Below the pieces are notes generated by a model that worked only from the letters and a program-made list of their open reading frames with translations, searched no databases and had not been told where the DNA came from. The translations under genes and the position numbers were made by a program. Source: Candidatus Uhrbacteria bacterium (GTDB lineage: Bacteria > Patescibacteriota > Patescibacteriia > JACQRZ01). Taken from it: DNA of 64,000 bases. The stretch covers positions 8,639 to 72,638 of the forward strand of contig JACQSB010000007.1 in assembly GCA_016206175.1 (NCBI GenBank), read 5' to 3'. Below, piece by piece: positions 20,433 to 29,203 of the stretch (the stretch's first letter is position 1; each line of letters starts with the position of its first letter).

Positions 20433-20612
20433 CTATTCCTCACTGCAGCACTTGCAGCCCTCACCGCTTTCTTCCATACAACATTTTTTTTCGTCAGAAC
20501 CTTTTTCTTCACAACAGACATTGACTCCCGCGCAGCAGGAGCCCTGGCAGCAGTCCCCTTTTTGGCACTGCCCGCCTTCACATTGTTCACACGTTTGTTT
20601 GTCGTCGTGCAT
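20433..20612 (-). CDS. 59-aa Cys-rich metallothionein-like protein (not in the ORF track)
   Basis: Translated by hand: MHDDKQTCEQCEGGQCQKGDCCQGSCCAGVNVCCEEKGSDEKKCCMEESGEGCKCCSEE*. 14 Cys, no aromatic residues; fills the nrdH-trxB gap (21 and 6 nt spacers). Confidence 0.8.
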   Translation of the reverse strand: MHDDKQTCEQCEGGQCQKGDCCQGSCCAGVNVCCEEKGSDEKKCCMEESGEGCKCCSEE

Positions 20613-20633
20613 GGGTAGGTATGTTATGGGTTA

Positions 20634-20873
20634 TTAGGCAGATAACGCAAGCAACTCCGCGAGTTTTGACTTGTCAAATCCAACCACGAGGTTCCCGTCG
20701 ATATCGATCACCGGCACGCCGAGCTGGCCGCTTTTCTGCACCATCTCATCGCGAGCTGCCGCATCCACGCTTACATCTTTTTCAGTATATTCCACATTAT
20801 TTTCTTGAAAATAGGCTTTCGCCATCTTGCAGTACCCGCATGTGGGGGTTGAGTAAATCGTCACGTTTGCCAT
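20634..20873 (-). CDS. NrdH-redoxin / glutaredoxin family protein
   Basis: YSTPTCGYC, KSGQLGVPVIDIDG, VGFD. Confidence 0.93.
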   Translation of the reverse strand: MANVTIYSTPTCGYCKMAKAYFQENNVEYTEKDVSVDAAARDEMVQKSGQLGVPVIDIDGNLVVGFDKSKLAELLALSA

Positions 20874-20904
20874 AGGATAATTCCATTACGAATTAAGTAG
20901 GGAC

Positions 20905-20933
20905 AGTATACTGCCGGTAAAAAAAATACGCAA
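20905..20933 (-). promoter_or_regulatory. Sigma70-like promoter of the redoxin-trxB operon
   Basis: TTGCGT, 17-nt spacer, TATACT on the minus strand. Confidence 0.5.
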
Positions 20934-20950
20934 TGGGATAACTTGGGCTC

Positions 20951-21006
20951 TTGACACATAGTATGCCTTATGGTAATGTACTATTGTACTAGTACAATAG
21001 TACATT
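20951..21006 (+). promoter_or_regulatory. trpR promoter overlapped by a 32-bp perfect palindrome (tandem TrpR-operator-like site)
   Basis: TTGACA (20951-20956), 17 nt, TAATGT with extended TG. Palindrome aatgtactattgtact|agtacaatagtacatt (20975-21006) carries GTACT half-sites. Confidence 0.8.
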
Positions 21007-21008
21007 CT

Positions 21009-21284
21009 ATGAGTGAAAAAAAGAGATTTCTTGATGCCCTCCAGCGAGCAAGCCAAAACGCAAAGCTGCTTGATAATTTTCTGTGTGATCTCTTGACTGA
21101 TGACGAGTACTCAGAGCTTGTAACGCGGTGGAGGATCGTACGTGAGCTCCAACACGGCAAGGCGCAACGTCGGATCGCGGCAGGACTTGGTGTTGGGATT
21201 GCGACCGTGACGCGAGGATCGAAGATGTTGAAAAACAAAAAAGGAGGATTCCAAAAGATATTACAAACCTATGAAAACATATAA
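21009..21284 (+). CDS. trpR: Trp repressor family protein
   Basis: DLLTDDE..LVTRWRIV...QRRIA..LGVGIATVTRGSKMLK resembles the TrpR HTH (GIATITRGSNSLK). Confidence 0.85.
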   Translation: MSEKKRFLDALQRASQNAKLLDNFLCDLLTDDEYSELVTRWRIVRELQHGKAQRRIAAGLGVGIATVTRGSKMLKNKKGGFQKILQTYENI

Positions 21285-21339
21285 ACAACAATCAATCTGG
21301 TGGCAGTCGGAATGTGAGAAGTACACGCCTTCCGGCTAG
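21271..21339 (+). CDS. Putative trp leader peptide (22 aa, tandem Trp codons)
   Basis: MKTYKQQSIWWQSECEKYTPSG*; TGG TGG at codons 10-11; ATG overlaps the trpR 3' end; hairpins follow. Confidence 0.6.
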   Translation: MKTYKQQSIWWQSECEKYTPSG

Positions 21340-21470
21340 TTTTTGCATAGAGATCAAAACTCAAGAGGAGAACGCATGCGTTCTCACTCAAATCGCAGAA
21401 AAATTATCTGCAACACTCGACAAGTAGAGTGTGAAGCATGTGGCCCTATCGTATCGGCGGGGCTTCTTTA

Positions 21471-22085
21471 TTATTGTCGCCGATACAGTCCGATCAGTTC
21501 GGTAGCGGCAAGAATATGTCCTTGCATTGCCTTTTCTACATCCGCCTTTGATGAGATGGCTGGCAGGTCGAGCATGATGTCAAGCGCATACAATTTGAAA
21601 AAATACCGATGCTCGCCGTCTGGCGGACAAGGGTTGTAGTAATCTTGCCCACCGCCGGTATTACGGCCCACAATGCCAGGAGGCATTTCCCCTTCTCCAA
21701 TGCCCTGTGTCGATGGCGGCATATTCCACACCACCCAATGATCCCACATGCCATCTGAACGAATACTTTTTGGGACGTCAGGGTCATCCATAAGCAATGC
21801 AAGACCCTTCGCTTCGGGAAGAATCTCGGAAAATACAAGCGGCGGATTGATGCCGCTCCCATCACATGTATAAACAGCAGGAATACTGCCATTATTTTCA
21901 AATGCTGTACTGGTAATTTTCATACGTGCATTACGATAAGAAGTAAGGGTTTCTTGGGATTTCGATGTATCTGTCTGCGAAGGTGACGGAGCAGGTGGAT
22001 TTGTCTGTTGACCCAGATTCAATACGACAACAGAAATAATGATCGCTGCTATCACGACCAACAATATGATTGTTTTGGGACGCAT
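21471..22085 (-). CDS. YbhB/YbcL (PEBP/RKIP-like) protein with N-terminal anchor
   Basis: YTCDG, LMDDPD, WDHWVVWN, PCPPDGEHRYFFKLYALD. Confidence 0.92.
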   Translation of the reverse strand: MRPKTIILLVVIAAIIISVVVLNLGQQTNPPAPSPSQTDTSKSQETLTSYRNARMKITSTAFENNGSIPAVYTCDGSGINPPLVFSEILPEAKGLALLMDDPDVPKSIRSDGMWDHWVVWNMPPSTQGIGEGEMPPGIVGRNTGGGQDYYNPCPPDGEHRYFFKLYALDIMLDLPAISSKADVEKAMQGHILAATELIGLYRRQ

Positions 22086-22087
22086 AT

Positions 22088-23242
22088 TTATAGGATAACA
22101 TCCTCTAGTCGCTTCGGAAATCTGGAAAGTACAAAAGCGTAATCTTTCTGCGCTACAATCGTATCCTCGATACGCACACCGCCAGCTGGAATACTGCCAA
22201 GCGGGCGCGGATAATACAGACCAGGCTCTACCGTAACAACCATGTCTTCTCGCAGTTCCGCATGGCAAGAGCCGAGGCGTGGCTCTTCGTGAATCTCAAG
22301 TCCTACACCATGACCAAGACCGTGAATAAATCCATACACAGGACGCGAAGAGAGATTCGTTGGATAACCTTTCTCTTCAAAAGAATTTTTCACCCACTCA
22401 TAAATTTCAAATCCGTCGACGCCTGCACGGATTTTTTCAATAGCCCCTGCCTGCGCCTCATATACCACCTCGTACAACGCTTGCATCTCTTGTGACGGCT
22501 CTCCTTTGAATACGGTACGAGTGCAGTCAGTAAAATACAGCGACGTGCGGGAGCGAGGGAAAATATCAAGCACGATCGGCTGATACGCTAAAAGCGGTCC
22601 GCTGCCCCGCATATGCGGATCGGCCGCCTGTATACCACAAGCAACGATTGTGTCGCTGGCAAGAAAGCCGTCTTGGTACAACGAATGTTCAATGATATCT
22701 CGCACAGCTTCTGACGTCAGGACTCCTTCACCGTACGAGGGGTGCGTAATATATTCGCCGCTAATACGCGCTTCGTTTAACACAGTACAGGCGCGCTCCA
22801 ATGCGCGATCCACCGCCGCTTGCGCAGAAGCGATCTCCGCTATCTCGTGTGGTTGTTTACAAATACGCTCCGGGTAAAAAACTTCACGGCACACGGATAC
22901 GGAAAAATGGTTTGATAGATCCTCCCCAACGTGGAAAGGGATGCCGCCGGAAACTTCAACCGTATCAATATCTTTGCTTTTGAGAAACGCAACGAGAGCG
23001 GACTCTCCCCTTTCTTTTGCGGCATGCGCATAGGATTCCAAATGCACAACTTCGTCAACGCGCGCTTGCTTATGCGCACGCTCAACTTCTAGGGAAGATG
23101 CGAGGAGATATCGCTTGCCATCAATCTCTGCAAGAGTCACGGGATCGGGCACGCGGAATTGCGTACGCCACAACAGGTCGGCGCAAAAATGCGGCGACCC
23201 GAAATCCGTAGCTCCATGGAGTATTTTTGCATGCATAGACAT
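22088..23242 (-). CDS. Xaa-Pro peptidase family (M24)
   Basis: ADPH, DIFPR, FTDCTRT, HGLGHGVGLEIHEEP, TVEPGLY, GGVRIED. Confidence 0.93.
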   Translation of the reverse strand: MSMHAKILHGATDFGSPHFCADLLWRTQFRVPDPVTLAEIDGKRYLLASSLEVERAHKQARVDEVVHLESYAHAAKERGESALVAFLKSKDIDTVEVSGGIPFHVGEDLSNHFSVSVCREVFYPERICKQPHEIAEIASAQAAVDRALERACTVLNEARISGEYITHPSYGEGVLTSEAVRDIIEHSLYQDGFLASDTIVACGIQAADPHMRGSGPLLAYQPIVLDIFPRSRTSLYFTDCTRTVFKGEPSQEMQALYEVVYEAQAGAIEKIRAGVDGFEIYEWVKNSFEEKGYPTNLSSRPVYGFIHGLGHGVGLEIHEEPRLGSCHAELREDMVVTVEPGLYYPRPLGSIPAGGVRIEDTIVAQKDYAFVLSRFPKRLEDVIL

Positions 23243-23304
23243 ATCAAAACAAATCCGGGCGCACAACGCAACCCGCAGCGAGTCAACCCACGACGGCTGC
23301 ACAC

Positions 23305-23697
23305 TCACGTGGCCGCCGTCTTTTTTTTGAAATCAAGAGCTGCTGAGTTGATACAGTAGCGTTTGCCGGTTGGTGCAGGACCATCGTCAAACACGTGTCC
23401 AAGATGCGAACCGCACGCTGCGCAGACTACTTCCGTGCGTACCATCCCATGACTTGTATCTGCGCGCAAAAGTACTGCGCCGTCTTGCACGGCCTGCCAA
23501 AAACTCGGCCATCCGCTGCCGGACTCAAATTTCGTATCGGAAGAAAAAAGCTCCTGCCCGCAAGCAACACAGAGGTACATCCCTTTTCCATGATGGCCGT
23601 AGTATTTGCCGGAAAATGGAAGCTCTGTGCCGCCAAGCATACAGACAGTATATTGCTCCGGCGTTAATTTTTTCTTCAGCTCTTCTTTGGATTGCAT
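23305..23697 (-). CDS. msrB: Peptide-methionine (R)-S-oxide reductase
   Basis: [27 protein letters not shown], two CxxC. Confidence 0.96.
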   Translation of the reverse strand: MQSKEELKKKLTPEQYTVCMLGGTELPFSGKYYGHHGKGMYLCVACGQELFSSDTKFESGSGWPSFWQAVQDGAVLLRADTSHGMVRTEVVCAACGSHLGHVFDDGPAPTGKRYCINSAALDFKKKTAAT

Positions 23698-24509
23698 ATC
23701 ACGTTTGCTATCTCATGTAATAAATCGCTGGCGAGCATGCCCTCGCCATATTTCTTCGCTGCCTTCTCCCCTGCTCTGCCATTGATGTATGCCGCCGCGC
23801 AAGCCGCGCGCAACGGGTCAATACCGCGCGCTAAGAGTGCGCCGCAGATGCCGGCAAGCGTATCACCACATCCCCCCTTTGTCATATACGGCGTACCTGT
23901 CTTGTTGCGAATACATTTTGAACCATCAGAAATGATATCGGTATTTCCTTTCAGGAGAATTATTGTGCAAAATCGCTTTGCTGCATTTCTGACTTCTTGT
24001 TCCCTCACGCGGACAGATTGCGTGACGCGCACGTCGGTAAGCGCGAAGAATTCATCGGCATGAGGAGTAAGAATGGCGATTTTCCCTTTCACGCAAGTGG
24101 CGTTTTGTCCCACCGCACGGATAGCCTCTGCATCGATCACCAGTGGCACTGAGATCTTACTGAGAATTTCTCTGATCGTCCGATACGTTTCCGACGTACG
24201 CGCTAACCCTCCGCCGATAATGCAAGCGGTTGCCTTGCGCGATAGCTTCAATACATAAGAAACGTGGCGCGCGGATAGCTCTCCATCGAGTGGATGCGTT
24301 ATGAAGTCCGGCATAGAGCATGCTGCAACGTCCATAGCTCGTTTCGGGCCCACAAGATAGGTAAGATCCGTACCGGCGCGCAATGCGGCTCCTGCGTTAA
24401 AAATTGGCGATCCGGTATGATTAGAGCTTCCGCCGATCACAAGCACGGCGCCAAAGTCACCTTTATGCGACCACGCCGACCGCCGTGAATAGATTGTGGT
24501 GAGATTCAT
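23676..24509 (-). CDS. nnrD: ADP-dependent NAD(P)H-hydrate dehydratase (YjeF C-terminal family)
   Basis: [33 protein letters not shown]. Confidence 0.9.
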   Translation of the reverse strand: MNLTTIYSRRSAWSHKGDFGAVLVIGGSSNHTGSPIFNAGAALRAGTDLTYLVGPKRAMDVAACSMPDFITHPLDGELSARHVSYVLKLSRKATACIIGGGLARTSETYRTIREILSKISVPLVIDAEAIRAVGQNATCVKGKIAILTPHADEFFALTDVRVTQSVRVREQEVRNAAKRFCTIILLKGNTDIISDGSKCIRNKTGTPYMTKGGCGDTLAGICGALLARGIDPLRAACAAAYINGRAGEKAAKKYGEGMLASDLLHEIANVICNPKKS

Positions 24510-24545
24510 ACGATATGATATGATACAGGTACTTCATTACTTAGT

Positions 24546-25493
24546 ATGCAGCCACTAATCCACTCTTTTCTTCAATTGCTTGAATCGTACGTGTTTGTCA
24601 TGGCGATTTCTCTTGTGCTTGGTTTGGTGTTCCCTGCTTTCTTCGCACCTCTCGCAGCATACTCCGCTTTTCTCCTGCAAACTATCTTTTTTCTGACCGG
24701 ATTAAAAATCGACATCAGGGAAGTAAAACGGCACATCACGCAACCGCTACGCCTTATCATCGCCCTTGCCGTCATGCTCATCGTATTTCCTATTATAGCA
24801 TATCCGATCGCACGCTACCTCGTGCCGGATGCCAGCATCGGAATCTTTCTGCTTGCCGCAATGCCAAGCGCCATGTCGGCACCGCTTTTTGCGTCTCTAG
24901 CAGGCGGGTCCATAGAGCTTGCGCTCGTGGTATCGGTGCTCACATCAGCGCTCGCGCCTTTTACGATTCCCTTGGTAGGCGCAATCGCACTTGGCAATGG
25001 CATCGATCTCTCCCCCATAAAAATGCTTACTGATCTCCTCTTACTCGTATTTCCTCCTTTCCTCTTAGCGCAAATTGTCCGCTCGTTTTTCCATTCGCAT
25101 ATTGAACCTGCAAGCTTTGCCCTCAAACCACTTTCCATTGTGCTCCTTGGCTTAGTGACGACTGCTATCATAGCAAAAAACGCCGCGGAGATATTTGCAA
25201 GCTTTACGTTTGAACTCTTGCCGGTGTTTGCCGCCGTATTCATCTTTGCCGTGGTAACGCATTGTATCGGATACCTCATCGGCATTGGAAAACCTCATGC
25301 CGACAAAGTAGCGTACGCGATTAGCCTTGCTTACATGAATATCGTGCTTGCGATTTACCTTGCCGGTAAATTTTTCCCGAACCCAAAAACCATTCTCACG
25401 ACTATTATAGCGCTGTTATTCTGGACCGTGCTCTTTGCCGCGTTTCGCGCAATAGCAATCAAAATTGCTCCACGCCAATCATCGGCGGCGTGA
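24546..25493 (+). CDS. Bile acid:sodium symporter (BASS) family transporter
   Basis: About 9-10 TM helices; LLAAMPSAMSA..F..LAGG..ELAL..SVLTS.LAPFTIP. Confidence 0.85.
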   Translation: MQPLIHSFLQLLESYVFVMAISLVLGLVFPAFFAPLAAYSAFLLQTIFFLTGLKIDIREVKRHITQPLRLIIALAVMLIVFPIIAYPIARYLVPDASIGIFLLAAMPSAMSAPLFASLAGGSIELALVVSVLTSALAPFTIPLVGAIALGNGIDLSPIKMLTDLLLLVFPPFLLAQIVRSFFHSHIEPASFALKPLSIVLLGLVTTAIIAKNAAEIFASFTFELLPVFAAVFIFAVVTHCIGYLIGIGKPHADKVAYAISLAYMNIVLAIYLAGKFFPNPKTILTTIIALLFWTVLFAAFRAIAIKIAPRQSSAA

Positions 25494-26471
25494 CTTGCGG
25501 ACAAAAGTATAATGATCGCTGGATCCTTGAGACGCAAGAGGAATCGTTATAAACCCGCGCAGGAGCCATTTTTTTTTATAAACCTCGCTGCCCTTTCCTT
25601 CCATTGCGGCATTCATTACTTCTTGCATCTGCGATGGCAAGAGGCTATCGGCAATGCTTGCAAACTCATGATCCGATAAGATGTATCCACCCGGCACAAG
25701 CGCAGCGAGAGATGCGGGGTCTTGATCAAGGTCAATGCCGGTCGTCCGATACCCGAGAAGCATTCCGATCTTGTTAGGAGCCTCAAAGCGTGAAGGCGTT
25801 TTACGCTTTTCCGGCTTATAGTCCGGAGCAAACCGGCCTGTTTTTGTGCGCCATTCCTCTTTCACGTCGTCGGTAATAAGCCAGTGGTCAGGATCCTCGG
25901 TAAGCTGCTCGGCGACTCTCCGGATACCAAGCGCCTCATCGCTCTCTTCTTGCGTAGCAGCATACGCCTCCGGGGAAAGAAATAATTCAGAATGAAAGGT
26001 GATAAGCACGTCTTCTTCGCCTTGTCCAAAATCAAACTTGAATCGCAGCCCATCACCAACCCATTCCGGTTGATGCGTAATAATCTTGGAAATACGGTCT
26101 TCTACTTCAGTGCATATTTTCGGATCGTGCAGCTCCGGATCCACCATCATGATAGTGCGAGAGCCAAGACAGAGTGGAAATTCGATATCTTTCCGAGCTC
26201 CCACATATACGGTTGGATACTTCTTGAATATTTCTTCATCAATGAGCTTATCCGTGCGAATATCTACGACGAATGCACGCTTCTGCGCAATCGCCGCATC
26301 AACGTTGCCTGTCTCTGCGCCGATATGCGCGTACGCTAAGCGCAGATGCTCGGTGGGCAGCACACTATCAGACGGATGGGCATAATCGCGCGATGTCCGT
26401 TCTTTTGTACGAAATCGGTCTGGCACTCGCGCTGGTTGTGGCGTAAAACTTTGTTCTCGCGATTTTCTCAT
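25479..26471 (-). CDS. Hypothetical protein
   Basis: 330-aa ORF abutting arfB with normal composition; no motif recognised. Confidence 0.65.
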   Translation of the reverse strand: MRKSREQSFTPQPARVPDRFRTKERTSRDYAHPSDSVLPTEHLRLAYAHIGAETGNVDAAIAQKRAFVVDIRTDKLIDEEIFKKYPTVYVGARKDIEFPLCLGSRTIMMVDPELHDPKICTEVEDRISKIITHQPEWVGDGLRFKFDFGQGEEDVLITFHSELFLSPEAYAATQEESDEALGIRRVAEQLTEDPDHWLITDDVKEEWRTKTGRFAPDYKPEKRKTPSRFEAPNKIGMLLGYRTTGIDLDQDPASLAALVPGGYILSDHEFASIADSLLPSQMQEVMNAAMEGKGSEVYKKKWLLRGFITIPLASQGSSDHYTFVRKSRRR

Positions 26472-26896
26472 ATGTACGGAGGTTTTCTGCTTTCTTTCTT
26501 TTGTGCATGCTCTCGTTTTGCTTCCAGCCGTTTTTCACGCGCGCGGCGCGATGGCTTTGTCTTTTTGCGTTCCGGTTTCTCAACAAGAGCTTCTTGCACA
26601 AGAACGACAAGCCGCCTGACGACTTCTTCTTTGTTTCGCAACTGTGAACGGTATGTCCCGCAATGCAGGACCACGTCACCGGCGGCAGAGATTCTATTTT
26701 TCAGTTTTGCACGCAGCAGTACCTGCTGCTCCTCGGTGAGGATCGCTGAACGGTCAATATTCCATGCAACGGTGACGCGCGTTGCGACCTTATTCACATT
26801 CTGCCCTCCCGGTCCGCCGCTGCGGCTCAGAGAAAAGGAAAGTTCGGATTCAGGGATAAAAAATGGTTGTTCACGCAAATGTTCTCTCATAGACAT
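26468..26896 (-). CDS. arfB: Alternative ribosome rescue peptidyl-tRNA hydrolase ArfB
   Basis: SRSGGPGGQNVNKV, RSQLRNK, basic tail RKKTKPSR. Confidence 0.93.
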   Translation of the reverse strand: MSMREHLREQPFFIPESELSFSLSRSGGPGGQNVNKVATRVTVAWNIDRSAILTEEQQVLLRAKLKNRISAAGDVVLHCGTYRSQLRNKEEVVRRLVVLVQEALVEKPERKKTKPSRRAREKRLEAKREHAQKKESRKPPYI

Positions 26897-26901
26897 TTCA
26901 T

Positions 26902-27375
26902 CTAGCCAGCACACACACCGCGGCCATGCTTTTCAAAATACCGCTGATGATATTCCTCTGCCTTATAAAAATCGCTGGCAGATGCAATCTCCGTGACAAT
27001 GGGATCGCTGTATCTGCCCGAATGTTCGCGAGCGGTTTTTGATGCGCGTGCGGCTTTTTCCTGCTCTGGCGTGTGATAAAAAATTCCGGAACGGTATTGC
27101 GATCCAACATCTGGTCCTTGCCGATTTGGTGTTGTAGGATCGTGCATATCCCAAAAGACATCAAGCAAGTCACCGTAAGATATGATCGACGGATCAAATG
27201 TCACCTCCACCGCTTCCGCATGTCCGGTGGTATCAGTACATACATCTTCATAGGAAGGGTTCAAGGTATGCCCGCCGGTATAGCCGACAATCACATCGAC
27301 GACTCCGCGTAGAGCGCGAAATCGATCTTCCACACCCCAAAAACATCCAGCAGCAAAGGTTGCTTTCTGCGTCAT
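26902..27375 (-). CDS. msrA: Peptide-methionine (S)-S-oxide reductase
   Basis: GCFWG, TGHAEAV, HDPT, QYRS, AEEYHQ. Confidence 0.96.
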   Translation of the reverse strand: MTQKATFAAGCFWGVEDRFRALRGVVDVIVGYTGGHTLNPSYEDVCTDTTGHAEAVEVTFDPSIISYGDLLDVFWDMHDPTTPNRQGPDVGSQYRSGIFYHTPEQEKAARASKTAREHSGRYSDPIVTEIASASDFYKAEEYHQRYFEKHGRGVCAG

Positions 27376-27420
27376 ACTACACGTTCAATAAAGTCCTTCA
27401 AGCTCCGGTAGCATACAGTA

Positions 27421-29172
27421 TCATCGACGCAAAAGTCCACCCCATTCGACAACCACGAACCCATTGCGAGCAGCAGCCTTGAGGGTTTGTGGTGGCAAAT
27501 CAACGAATTCATTCAAACCTTCAAAATCCAAAAATACGCGGATGACTATATCCGGCTGCGGTGAGATATGCAATGGCGCAAGTGTATCCATCTCACGGCT
27601 TGGCAGCCAACTCAAACGAACATACGGCGTATCCGGCATACGCGGCAGCCAAAAATCGGCAAAGTCTGCACGCTCCTTTTCGTTAAGCCCGAGCTGGCGT
27701 AAGTGCTGCTCGATTGTCTGCTTTACATCACCGCGCGATACCACAAAGCCGGATCGAATCTGCGGGTACGATCCATTCCCCTGCCCCTCCCAAAAAAGTG
27801 AATCATACTTTTTGCCATCCTTCGTGAAAAGCGTCCCGTCAGGAAGCACATGCACCTTCCACCCATCCCCATACAAGGGATCAGACACATGAACGGAGGC
27901 ATCAACCTGCACGGAAATATCTGTCGGTTTTTTTGGATACAAGTAGATCACCGGCTTGCCGCACTCAACTGCCGGTCCGTAGGCAGAATTGTTGTATGCC
28001 ACATATCTGTCGAGCGCATCCTTTATAACAAGCAGAGGATGTTTTTGTGAAAAGTCCTTGAACGGAATGGTACGTACTTTCCCATCGCTGGAGTAGTATG
28101 TACCGTTGGTCGTATCATAGAGATACCGAGCAACCGGATTATCGACTTTCGCAAATTCATATACCGTATCGCCATTCTCCGCCGTGCCAGCAGCAACGAT
28201 TTCTGATACTGCTAATGGAGCAATGAGCGCTAAAAACGCTCCTGCGCCGCATCCGGTTGTATTGATAAGCTGAAAAGTGTCTGTGTTGCGCTTGCCGTCA
28301 TTCCAGCTAACCGCTGCGACACCGTCGTCTTTCAGTATGCCTTCGGGGATGTACTGATAGGTTTCCTCCAAACCATTTGGTTTTACAAGCACAAATGACT
28401 CGACAAGGAGTTCTCTCACTTCACCGGGACGTATTTCGGAATAGAGAATGCCGTATGGCGTCTTGGCAACTTCTGTTCGGGATTGCGGCGCAGTCTCCAA
28501 TCCGATATATCCACCAAAGCTTTGCAGTTCAACGCCGTTATAGGAAATCGTCTCTTGGTCAGATACTGAACGGTACACCTTCTCATAATTGATTTTGATG
28601 CTTTCGATCGGCTGCGCTCCGTAGAATTGCTTGTTTTCCGGATTGTAGTTATCAGAATTCTGCACGATGTATTCGTACGATCCACCCGCTGTACGCAAGA
28701 GGTAGGCGACATAATCGTCTCCCGGTCCTTCCGGCGGGATTGTTGCCAAGATAATATCATTGCCACTTTCAGTGCCGGTCTTGTAGTAGGTAATGCCTTC
28801 GGCGTAAACCGGTTTGCCTTTTTGCACGCCGGGCGGTAGTGTTTCATCTTCGTATTCAAATACACGGAATAGTTTCAAGTCCTCCGCCAACTTGCGCGGT
28901 TTTGGCAACCATACTACACCCGGATCTTCAATGAGCTGACCAGACACGACTGTCGCTGGCAAAGATGTAGTCGTGTCTGGCTCCTGCGGCGCACCTTGTT
29001 CTACCACCTTCTGTTCTCCGCTCGGTTTGTCCTCTTGTACGACAGGGGTGGCAGTTGCTGGTGCGCGTGGCGGTGCTGCCTTGAAATACATAATGGTAAC
29101 CACGGCTGCAAGTGCAGCTGATAGCAAAGATGCTCCCATACTAATAAGCACGATTTTTGCTGTTTGGTTCAT
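27421..29172 (-). CDS. Membrane-anchored surface protein with a C-terminal 'KPVIYLYP...VVEWGG' domain
   Basis: N-terminal TM, Pro/Thr linker, CGKPVIYLYP, YDSLFWEG, FWLPRM, GFVVVEWGG. Confidence 0.8.
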   Translation of the reverse strand: MNQTAKIVLISMGASLLSAALAAVVTIMYFKAAPPRAPATATPVVQEDKPSGEQKVVEQGAPQEPDTTTSLPATVVSGQLIEDPGVVWLPKPRKLAEDLKLFRVFEYEDETLPPGVQKGKPVYAEGITYYKTGTESGNDIILATIPPEGPGDDYVAYLLRTAGGSYEYIVQNSDNYNPENKQFYGAQPIESIKINYEKVYRSVSDQETISYNGVELQSFGGYIGLETAPQSRTEVAKTPYGILYSEIRPGEVRELLVESFVLVKPNGLEETYQYIPEGILKDDGVAAVSWNDGKRNTDTFQLINTTGCGAGAFLALIAPLAVSEIVAAGTAENGDTVYEFAKVDNPVARYLYDTTNGTYYSSDGKVRTIPFKDFSQKHPLLVIKDALDRYVAYNNSAYGPAVECGKPVIYLYPKKPTDISVQVDASVHVSDPLYGDGWKVHVLPDGTLFTKDGKKYDSLFWEGQGNGSYPQIRSGFVVSRGDVKQTIEQHLRQLGLNEKERADFADFWLPRMPDTPYVRLSWLPSREMDTLAPLHISPQPDIVIRVFLDFEGLNEFVDLPPQTLKAAARNGFVVVEWGGLLRR

Positions 29173-29203
29173 ACGAATATGTGATAATAATACGGGCAGT
29201 ATA

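Noticed and set aside
20348-20590. 80-aa Lys/Ala-rich ORF in the track between nrdH and trxB
   Set aside because: It overlaps trxB by 79 nt; the alternative Cys-rich frame 20433-20612 has an ATG and fits the gap cleanly
21343-21639. Plus-strand ORF after the Trp leader
   Set aside because: It runs 169 nt antisense into the YbhB gene and has no recognisable motif; noted only as part of the attenuator finding
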